From an uncultured Eubacteriales bacterium (GTDB taxonomy: Bacteria > Bacillota_I > Bacilli_A > RFN20 > UBA1709): DNA of 24,092 nt. The position numbers were made by a program, and so were the translations under genes. Shown here piece by piece: positions 17,416 to 24,092 of this stretch. The notes beneath the pieces are model-generated. The model was not told the DNA's origin, did not search any database, and was given only the letters and a program-made list of their open reading frames with translations. The stretch spans positions 1-24,092 of the forward strand of contig CAYOYG010000001.1 in the NCBI GenBank assembly GCA_964408135.1. The letters run 5' to 3'. Within the stretch, counting starts at the first letter, position 1, and each line of letters starts with the position of its first letter.

Positions 17416-17420
17416 ATCAT

Positions 17421-17873
17421 TTATTTTTTAATCCACTTTGCTTTGGGGGCGTTTTTAGTTAATATCTTAATGAACTCTTCTTGTTTTATAGGAGACACAT
17501 AGACGATGTGAGGACGTCCATTAGCCCTTTGCCCACAATATAATTTGATACGATTACGGGAGAGGGCAGCACCAAAGGCCAAACTATTTACAATTTCAAT
17601 GTGTTCAATTTTGTTGTAGCGAATTTCATCTTTAAATGGTCCGGAACGAACGACCATAAATTTGTTTTGTAGTTCATAATGTGTATTAAGATAAATTAAA
17701 ATAATGAAGACTGCGGCGGCAAGACCAATAAGCCCATTAAAAGCACCAAGGAGAATATCCACTTCGCCTTGGACAATTGAAATAGTGGCATAGATAACTA
17801 AAAAGAAAGCTAAGAGAATAATCGCCAGATAAATAATCGAAATAATTTTGTCGCGTCTAACCTTGAAAACCAT
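17421..17873 (-). CDS. Membrane protein, 2 TM plus a bacterial PH-like domain (bPH_4-like)
   Basis: Two hydrophobic helices, then THYEL...VVRSGPFKDEIRYNKIEHIE...ALSRNRIKL...VSPIKQEEF, matching the pattern I recall for bacterial PH-domain membrane proteins; RBS AGGAG. Confidence 0.7.
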   Translation of the reverse strand: MVFKVRRDKIISIIYLAIILLAFFLVIYATISIVQGEVDILLGAFNGLIGLAAAVFIILIYLNTHYELQNKFMVVRSGPFKDEIRYNKIEHIEIVNSLAFGAALSRNRIKLYCGQRANGRPHIVYVSPIKQEEFIKILTKNAPKAKWIKK

Positions 17874-17884
17874 GTTGTTTCTCC

Positions 17885-19834
17885 TTATAAATCATTGAGG
17901 ATTTTTTCGCCTTTTTCTGTAATCTTTAATGTCCTTTTTAAGATACCGCATTGTGCAATATAACCGGCTTGTAGAAGCTTCGCCACTATTCTTGAAATTT
18001 GGAAGGAAGTGAAGGTGAAGCGTTCAGCGATATTATAATGATACCCGTTTTCATTTTTAATTGCACTCAATAGTTTCACTTCTTCGAGCGAAATATTCTT
18101 TTCGATAATTGAGATTTCACTGACATCGATTGGGCTGAGATATATATGGGCACTTTTGGTCAATTCAAAGCGATAGTAATTTGCGCCCCATCGACCTAAT
18201 CTTTTAATAAGATGTTTCCTCTCCAAGGATTCAACCAAATGATGGGCCATAGAGGCTTCCATTTCAAAACAATCACTGAAATCGCTGAGGTTTTGAAATC
18301 CTTTGCGAATTAGATCAAGGATTTTAATTTCATCTTCATTTGGTGGGGTTTTGTCTTCCAGAGCAGTCGGCGATGGTTTCTTACCGACTACCGCTAAAAG
18401 GATATACAATAGTGCAGAAGCGATGGCACCAATTAGGGGTGGATATAACTTGTAGTCACCATTGAATGAAAAACCAAGGAATGGGAAATAATCATTCAGA
18501 ATCACAACAAAGGTAATGATTAACGATAATGGTAAACCGATGGTGGCAACGGCCTTATTAGAAGAATTAGTGAATAATCCAATGAAGAGTAGGACTCCTA
18601 ATGGCACAAAGAAGGCTAGGGAAAGTTCAATCAAGTAGGTTGTAATTGGAAACAAGGATAAAACAAAGGTACCAAGGGCTAACACGATAAAGGTAAGTTG
18701 AGAAGATAACATCATCCGTTTATCGCTGTTTTTATGGGGGGTAAATTGATTATATATATCGCGAGTAATCATCGTATTCGCGGCGTGTTTGGCGTGGGCA
18801 TATGTTGTAAAAGCGGCACAGACAATCACTAAAAGTGAGATGCCGATTAAGACGTTTGGTAAAGTAGCGATGATTTGACTTAGTCCATTGCGGGCGGTGG
18901 ACAAGGAAGCAAACAATTGTGGATTTAAATGCCGTCCAGCGTAAAGCGAAAGCAGGATAATCATTCCATTGGTGATGACAAATAAAACAATTCCGGCGTA
19001 AATAAAAGACTTACGTGCAAAATGCTCATCCCGTGAAGAAGCGGCATGGGTCCAATAAGCCCCATTCCCCCAAGTGGATAAAGCGCCAAGAATGATAAAG
19101 GTGGTAATCACACCTGGATTGCCTAAGTTACTGGCCAGTGGTTGGGTCGTGTTGACAACCCCGTGAATAAAGAAATCTTGCCAGCCATAGACGCCACTAT
19201 AAGTTGCACCAACCGCAATCACAATGACGGGCAGGATAACAAAGATAAAACTCATTTGAATAAAGGTGCTGAGCGATAAAGCCCAAAATCCACCAAGGTA
19301 ACTGACGACTAAAGCACCAAAGATAATCAAACTGATAAGAATCGTTCTTGGCCATCCAATGGCTAAGGTAATTTGGGTGGCCATAATGGAGATATTGGCT
19401 CCCATGAGACATAACAAACCAAGAATGGAGGCAATGGCACTGATTACACGGGCGGCTTTTCCAAAGCGGATTTCAATCCATTCGGGTAGAGTTTGTGCCC
19501 CATTACGTTGAATAAATCGAGCAAATAGAACTCCATATAATAAGACACCGACCAGGGAATAGGCACTATTTAATAACAAAGCTGACCCTAAACCATACCA
19601 AGTGGTCCACCCGCTGATCATGACAATACTGATGACTGAGAAACTTAAGGCACTGATACCAAAAACACTGGCCGGTAAACTCGATTCCTTGCCACAAAGC
19701 AAATACTCATTGACATCCTTTGACCATCGTCTTGTGATGTAACCACACAAGACCATGATGGCAATGAATATCCCAAGTAATATACCGAATGTTAGACTAA
19801 TTCGTGAAAAACCATACGCCATTTGTGTCATCAT
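17885..19834 (-). CDS. Sodium:solute symporter (SSS/SLC5) family protein fused to two C-terminal winged helix-turn-helix domains
   Basis: SSS hallmarks in residues 1-~484: EYLLCGKES, RNGAQTLPEWIEIRFG, MITRDIY, about 13 hydrophobic segments. After a Pro-rich linker come two internally similar MarR-like wHTH repeats (~500-565 and ~580-649) ending ELTKSA and KITEKG. RBS AAAGGAG. Confidence 0.85.
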   Translation of the reverse strand: MMTQMAYGFSRISLTFGILLGIFIAIMVLCGYITRRWSKDVNEYLLCGKESSLPASVFGISALSFSVISIVMISGWTTWYGLGSALLLNSAYSLVGVLLYGVLFARFIQRNGAQTLPEWIEIRFGKAARVISAIASILGLLCLMGANISIMATQITLAIGWPRTILISLIIFGALVVSYLGGFWALSLSTFIQMSFIFVILPVIVIAVGATYSGVYGWQDFFIHGVVNTTQPLASNLGNPGVITTFIILGALSTWGNGAYWTHAASSRDEHFARKSFIYAGIVLFVITNGMIILLSLYAGRHLNPQLFASLSTARNGLSQIIATLPNVLIGISLLVIVCAAFTTYAHAKHAANTMITRDIYNQFTPHKNSDKRMMLSSQLTFIVLALGTFVLSLFPITTYLIELSLAFFVPLGVLLFIGLFTNSSNKAVATIGLPLSLIITFVVILNDYFPFLGFSFNGDYKLYPPLIGAIASALLYILLAVVGKKPSPTALEDKTPPNEDEIKILDLIRKGFQNLSDFSDCFEMEASMAHHLVESLERKHLIKRLGRWGANYYRFELTKSAHIYLSPIDVSEISIIEKNISLEEVKLLSAIKNENGYHYNIAERFTFTSFQISRIVAKLLQAGYIAQCGILKRTLKITEKGEKILNDL

Positions 19835-19855
19835 ATTATTTCTCCTTTTGTTGCT

Positions 19856-20377
19856 CTATATCGTTTCGGGAGTCTCTTTCTTTTTCTTATAATAATACAT
19901 TTGATTCATGCGATGAATCAAAGCCATTTCTTCTTGACTTAATCCTTTTTTGGCGACCGCGAGGGCTTTACCGCGACGGTAGAAGTAATAATACGCCAAA
20001 TCACTTTCGACACATTCTTTTATTTGTTCCCAAGTGAAGAAGAAACTGTTTTTATTTAGTCCTTGAGTAACCCCTTTTTCATTGATGGTGTATAAGAACT
20101 CATAATCACCGATTTTTTGGGTTAAATAGGCCGCTTTTGCCCCTTTAATCACATTGATTCTTGTTAAATAGTAAATAAACACCATACATAACAACCCCGT
20201 GCCAATCCCGACGGAGATACCAACAAGTAGACTCGAAGAGCCCCCAAGAAAGATGTAGGTTAAAGCGACGGCTAGAGAAATCACAATCCACATAATTAGA
20301 TTTCTTTTGCGATAAACAAGGATATTATATTCGATAAATGTTTCTTCATCGACTCTTGTTTTTTTAATTAGTTGCAT
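19856..20377 (-). CDS. YcxB-like membrane protein (2 TM plus C-terminal YcxB domain)
   Basis: Two TM helices, then YTINEKGV...FTWEQIKECVESDLAYYYF...ALAVAKKGL typical of YcxB-like domains. Start moved from 20392 to 20377 because GGAGG lies 9 nt upstream of that ATG. Confidence 0.7.
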   Translation of the reverse strand: MQLIKKTRVDEETFIEYNILVYRKRNLIMWIVISLAVALTYIFLGGSSSLLVGISVGIGTGLLCMVFIYYLTRINVIKGAKAAYLTQKIGDYEFLYTINEKGVTQGLNKNSFFFTWEQIKECVESDLAYYYFYRRGKALAVAKKGLSQEEMALIHRMNQMYYYKKKKETPETI

Positions 20378-20447
20378 GATATTCTCCTCCATCGAACAGG
20401 AATAAATCCCAAGATAATGGGATAGGTCCTTATCACTAACGTAGAAA

Positions 20448-20456
20448 ATTATAGCA
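20448..20456 (-). promoter_or_regulatory. Extended -10 promoter (TG-c-TATAAT) of the ycxB-like/SSS-wHTH/PH operon
   Basis: Perfect TGnTATAAT on the minus strand about 70 nt upstream of ATG 20377. Confidence 0.65.
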
Positions 20457-20566
20457 TGAATAATAGCCTTAAACTAGATAGAAATATGATTTTTAAAGGT
20501 GATTCTATGGGTCAGAATCTGTCATTGATAATATTATAAGGAATTGTGGCATACAAAAGCAAATAA

Positions 20567-20575
20567 TGATAAGAT
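20567..20575 (+). promoter_or_regulatory. Possible extended -10 promoter (TG-a-TAAGAT) for the rightward operon
   Basis: TGnTAAGAT about 30 nt upstream of ATG 20605, upstream of RBS GAGGTG; weak -35. Confidence 0.35.
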
Positions 20576-20604
20576 TAAGATGGTAAAAATGAGGTGATAC
20601 GCCT

Positions 20605-21048
20605 ATGTATCGTGAAGAGGACTTTAATTTAGATGAACAAGAAGCAACCATATTTAAAGAAAACTATCAACGTCAAGCTAAAATGGCCAAGAAGATATTC
20701 TTGTTTGTTTTTACGATATTCGGTCTTATTTTTTTAACAATTGGTCTTGTCCTTTTATGGATAAAAGTCCAAGAAGGAGATTTTCTTGTTGGTATACCAT
20801 TCACCATTATCGGTGGTGTCTTTACCGTCTTGGGTTTAGTCCTTGGACTTGCTCTACCTAGTGGTGAGAACTTCGACTATGCGAAGTTTAAAGCAAAGAT
20901 GAATCGGCATGGTGGTTTCTATATAGCAGGAAATACCACATATCTTAGTACGATTGTCATGGTTCAAAAAGAACAAATTAAAAACCTAACCCAACGAGTT
21001 AAGTATCTAGAAGAAGATGTTCGTCGTTTAAAATATGAAAGAAAATAG
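20605..21048 (+). CDS. Hypothetical membrane protein (2 TM, C-terminal coiled-coil-like tail)
   Basis: RBS GAGGTG; two hydrophobic helices; tail QKEQIKNLTQRVKYLEEDVRRLK has heptad character. Confidence 0.75.
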   Translation: MYREEDFNLDEQEATIFKENYQRQAKMAKKIFLFVFTIFGLIFLTIGLVLLWIKVQEGDFLVGIPFTIIGGVFTVLGLVLGLALPSGENFDYAKFKAKMNRHGGFYIAGNTTYLSTIVMVQKEQIKNLTQRVKYLEEDVRRLKYERK

Positions 21049-21059
21049 GAGGCATATAT

Positions 21060-21815
21060 ATGGTTCATCATAATAAAAAGAGAAATGGGATTATTCTAAC
21101 ACTGACACTTATCGCTTCACTAGCAAGTTGTGGGAAAGCCGATCCAGACAATTTCGAATACGGGATTATCCTCCCAAATAACTTCCAAGTGGAATATACC
21201 TACCATAATGGCTATATTGACACAGGGAAATATATTCGGGTTGGGAATGCAGCTTATGTGAAACATCAAAGAGACACCGGAGGTAGTGCCGAGTTTTATG
21301 TGATTGAACAAACCGATGTTGGTTATAATGATGGGCAAAACAATATCCAAGATTATATCACCTTCCGTTTGATTGGCACCCAATGGGTTCGTGCCAGCAA
21401 TTGGAGTGATAACCTTAATTATTTCACTATGTTAGGTAGTAGTTCTTGGTCCCCTTATCAAAGCGGAACCGTCTATGGACCATTCCACTATTTAACCGAA
21501 GGGGTAGCGATGCTAAATAACAAAGCCGTCACCTATACAAAACAAAATGATGAAACCCTTTCGATTGATGGAGGATTATTTTCTTGTTTAGTTTATACAT
21601 TAACTGAAAATTACACTTATCAAAATCAACCAAAGGTGGCGACCACCAAACTATGGATTGATAAAGAAACTTTTATGCTCTTTAAAAAATCGTATACTAC
21701 CGATGCTCAAGAGGATATCAATGGAGCATCTGCTGTTGAATTTGAAATGACAAAATATGCGTATGGTTCTGCCATTAGTTTTCCAAATGGTGTTCCACAA
21801 AGCACCAATGGTTAG
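21060..21815 (+). CDS. Putative lipoprotein of unknown function (possible LolA-like beta-sheet fold)
   Basis: Basic N-terminus, hydrophobic stretch and lipobox LAS-C24; beta-rich mature part with TKLWIDKETFML; RBS AGGAGG. Confidence 0.75.
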   Translation: MVHHNKKRNGIILTLTLIASLASCGKADPDNFEYGIILPNNFQVEYTYHNGYIDTGKYIRVGNAAYVKHQRDTGGSAEFYVIEQTDVGYNDGQNNIQDYITFRLIGTQWVRASNWSDNLNYFTMLGSSSWSPYQSGTVYGPFHYLTEGVAMLNNKAVTYTKQNDETLSIDGGLFSCLVYTLTENYTYQNQPKVATTKLWIDKETFMLFKKSYTTDAQEDINGASAVEFEMTKYAYGSAISFPNGVPQSTNG

Positions 21816-21827
21816 GAGATATTGATT

Positions 21828-23774
21828 ATGTATCAGCATTTATTTACTCCCGGGAAAATCGGGAACATGTCTTTAAAAAATCGTTCAATTATGACCGCTG
21901 CAGGATTAGAGATGAACGGTTTACAGGGAGAAACGACACCCCAACTGCTTGCTTTTTATGAAGCAAGAGCAAAAGGGGGAGTCGCGGCGATTATTAGTGG
22001 TGTCTGTCGTGTCAGTAAAGATGAAACGGGAGCCTCCGCCGGCCAACGACAAATGCGCATGGATAGCGATGATCAAATCCAACAACATAAACAAGTCGCT
22101 GATTTATTGCACTCTTATAATTGCAAATATATTGTCCAATTACAACATCCAGGCAATGCCACCAATCCACGATCCACCAACGGGAAAACACCCGTTTCCT
22201 CGAGTACAACACCTTCTTTAATCTATCCTCAGCCAATTCGGGCATTAACTATTGATGAAATTAAAACCATTGTTGGAGAATTTGGTGATGCTGCTCTTCG
22301 TTGTAAAAAAGCAGGAGTCGATGGGGTAGAACTCCATGCGGCTCACTATTATTTATTCCATCAATTCTTATCCCCGACCTTTAATAAACGCACCGATGAA
22401 TATGGTGGCTCGTTAGAAAATAGAATACGTTTCTTACTTGAAACCATTCAAGATGTTCGCCAAAAATGTGGAAAAGATTATCCACTTTTAGTGCGGGTAT
22501 CCGTCGAAGAATATCTAGGGAGTGAAGGCCTTCAATTGCTTGAAGGCTATAAGATATGTCAAATCCTCGATCAAACCTCGATTGATGCACTTGATATTTC
22601 CGTGAGTGGTAGTGCAAGTCCTCTTTCCCACAGTATTGAACCAATCTCCTATCCACAAGGGTGGAGAAAGTATATTTTCTCGGCGGTTAAATCTTTAGTT
22701 AAAAAACCAATTATTGGAACATCTGTCTTGCGCGATCCTGCTTATTGTGAACAAATGCTAAGTCAAAATAGACTCGATTTTATTGGTTCATTTCGCAATC
22801 ATCTTGCCGATCCACAATGGACAAATAAAGCCCAAAACAACCAAGATAAAACGATCAATCGTTGTATCTCGTGTGTGCGATGTATTGAAGATTTGCGCTA
22901 CGGTAAATACGTCAGTTGTTCCATCAATGCCGAAGCAGGAAACGAACCTAAAAGCCCACTTCCACACGATGGGAATCAACGTAAAGTCGTAGTGGTTGGC
23001 GGTGGAGTTGCCGGCATGGAAGCAGCCATTGTCCTTGCTCAACGCGACTTCAAAGTAGTCTTATTTGAAAAAGAAGCGAACCTAGGGGGCCAAGTATTCT
23101 TGTCGACCAGTATTCCGCATAAAGACAAGATGAATTGGTATCTGGATTATCAAAAACAACGTCTAGAAGAAGCCAAGGTTGTCGTTCATTTAAATACCGA
23201 AGCAACCCTGGATTTAATTTATAAAGAAAAGCCATATGCGGTGATTGATGCCACAGGAGCAACTCCTTTTATCCCATCCATCTTTAAAAAAGAAGGGTTT
23301 GTCAGTGATCCAGCGGCCATCTTATCGCATAAGGTTGTTTTACAAGATAAAAACATTGTCATTGTTGGGTCAGGATTAACGGGACTTGAAACCGCCTTGA
23401 TGTTACTCCAAAATAACAATCGCATCACCTTTGTTGAAATGGAAGATAAGATTGCTAAGTCTGCGTACTGGGTTACCGTCAATGATGTTAAAAAATATCT
23501 CGACACCTTTGATGTCGTCTATCTTACCAATACCAAATTAAACACCATTGAAGATGGCTATGTCACGCTAAAAGATGTTCGACATCAAGATCAAGTGTTT
23601 ACCCTTCCTGCTGATCACGTCATTTTATCGCTCGGCTTTAAAGCACAAAGTCCACTCAAACCAGAACTAAAAAATCATTTTGAACGAGTTTATGTGATTG
23701 GCGATAGTGAAAAATCAGGGCGGATTAAAGAAGCGGTCCATGCTGGTTATCAATTAGGGGCAACCCTTCAATAA
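21828..23774 (+). CDS. NADH:flavin oxidoreductase, Old Yellow Enzyme family with Fe-S cluster and FAD/NAD domain (FadH/BaiCD/enoate reductase-like)
   Basis: LFTPGKIGNMSLKNR, GVDGVELHAAH, NKRTDEYGGSLENR, Cys cluster CISCVRC-x11-C, VVGGGVAGMEAA, second Rossmann VGSGLTG, IGDS. Start ATG 21828 preferred over TTG 21822 by RBS AGGAG spacing. Confidence 0.92.
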   Translation: MYQHLFTPGKIGNMSLKNRSIMTAAGLEMNGLQGETTPQLLAFYEARAKGGVAAIISGVCRVSKDETGASAGQRQMRMDSDDQIQQHKQVADLLHSYNCKYIVQLQHPGNATNPRSTNGKTPVSSSTTPSLIYPQPIRALTIDEIKTIVGEFGDAALRCKKAGVDGVELHAAHYYLFHQFLSPTFNKRTDEYGGSLENRIRFLLETIQDVRQKCGKDYPLLVRVSVEEYLGSEGLQLLEGYKICQILDQTSIDALDISVSGSASPLSHSIEPISYPQGWRKYIFSAVKSLVKKPIIGTSVLRDPAYCEQMLSQNRLDFIGSFRNHLADPQWTNKAQNNQDKTINRCISCVRCIEDLRYGKYVSCSINAEAGNEPKSPLPHDGNQRKVVVVGGGVAGMEAAIVLAQRDFKVVLFEKEANLGGQVFLSTSIPHKDKMNWYLDYQKQRLEEAKVVVHLNTEATLDLIYKEKPYAVIDATGATPFIPSIFKKEGFVSDPAAILSHKVVLQDKNIVIVGSGLTGLETALMLLQNNNRITFVEMEDKIAKSAYWVTVNDVKKYLDTFDVVYLTNTKLNTIEDGYVTLKDVRHQDQVFTLPADHVILSLGFKAQSPLKPELKNHFERVYVIGDSEKSGRIKEAVHAGYQLGATLQ

Positions 23775-23779
23775 AAGAC

Positions 23780-23808
23780 AAAAGCGAAGAGAAATCTTCG
23801 CTTTTTTT
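23780..23808. terminator. Bidirectional intrinsic terminator between the oxidoreductase and the HAD gene
   Basis: AAAAGCGAAGA-gaaa-TCTTCGCTTTT perfect stem, GAAA tetraloop, T tract. Confidence 0.9.
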
Positions 23809-24091
23809 ATTCTGGATTATTGGAATGATTATTGCCTTCATCGAGATTCGCTAAGTGTTTGCGCACTAAGACTTCATCGGTGGCGGCTTTATCGATAATC
23901 GATTTTATTAAGATATCTAATTCGGAATTTTCTTCATAGTTTGCTTCGGCAAAGTATTCAATTCGATCTTCTTTAATCAGTTGATATACTTTATCTTTTT
24001 CTTGATTGTCTGGATCAAAGACGGCAATGGAATAACCACCATTGGCTTTGACTAGACGCATACATGGTATATCGGTAATGCTATCACCGAT
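23807..24091 (-). CDS. C-terminal part of a HAD-superfamily hydrolase (5' end outside the window)
   Basis: The frame is open beyond the ORF-track Met and reads IGDSITDIPCMRLVKANGGYSIAV, i.e. HAD motif IV (GDxxxD). Confidence 0.8.
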   Translation of the reverse strand: MGDSITDIPCMRLVKANGGYSIAVFDPDNQEKDKVYQLIKEDRIEYFAEANYEENSELDILIKSIIDKAATDEVLVRKHLANLDEGNNHSNNPE

Positions 24092-24092
24092 A

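Noticed and set aside
21250-21806. parS-like half sites (ATGTGAAACA near 21257; TGTTCCAC at 21791)
   Set aside because: Only one half matches the 16-bp parS palindrome in each case, and both lie within coding sequence far from parB.
4480-22660. Isolated 8/9 DnaA-box-like matches (TGTGGATGA near 4480, TTATCCACT near 10167, CTATCCACA near 22648)
   Set aside because: Scattered, intragenic and unclustered; expected by chance. No oriC is evident.
182-23506. Short alternative ORFs in the track (182-382, 1948-2145, 2858-3088, 5414-5614, 5888-6073, 7888-8196, 11101-11343, 11382-11630, 13829-14023, 13860-14138, 19197-19412, 19804-20037, 21120-21383, 21651-21839, 21949-23506 set)
   Set aside because: All lie largely or wholly within longer, motif-supported genes, either antisense or in another frame. 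None shows a recognisable motif, so they are treated as shadow ORFs.
1-24092. CRISPR arrays, tRNA/rRNA genes, transposases, integrases, prophage or defence genes
   Set aside because: No regularly spaced repeats, cloverleaf or rRNA signatures, or mobile-element motifs were seen; intergenic gaps are at most about 230 nt.

Overview
A gene-dense, AT-rich bacterial chromosomal window using genetic code 11: TGA acts as a stop (the mnmG/rsmG ATGA overlap) and Trp is TGG. The style suggests a low-GC Bacillota or basal Mollicutes lineage, which is inference only. There are four blocks. (1) On the + strand, 1-10710: a 5'-truncated M29 aminopeptidase, an ABC exporter half-transporter, a PlsC-like acyltransferase, then a tightly coupled metG-mnmG-rsmG-parA-parB-HExxH metallopeptidase operon. 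(2) On the - strand, 10742-20377: a YcxB-like membrane protein, a sodium:solute symporter (SSS) fused to two C-terminal winged-helix domains, a membrane PH-domain protein, lplA, and a complete glycine cleavage system (gcvT-H-PA-PB-lpdA). (3) On the + strand, 20605-23774: a 2-TM protein, a lipoprotein and an Fe-S flavin oxidoreductase of the Old Yellow Enzyme (OYE) family. (4) On the - strand: the 3' end of a HAD-family gene. No rRNA, tRNA, CRISPR array, mobile element or recognisable riboswitch was seen. The best candidate for an undescribed system is the SSS-tandem-wHTH fusion. It is flanked by two membrane PH-like proteins and sits directly upstream of lplA-gcv, whose promoter has no room for a glycine riboswitch but carries a perfect 19-bp palindrome over its -35 box. 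The second candidate is a ParB with several substituted CTP-switch residues, coupled to an uncharacterised zinc metallopeptidase-like gene.
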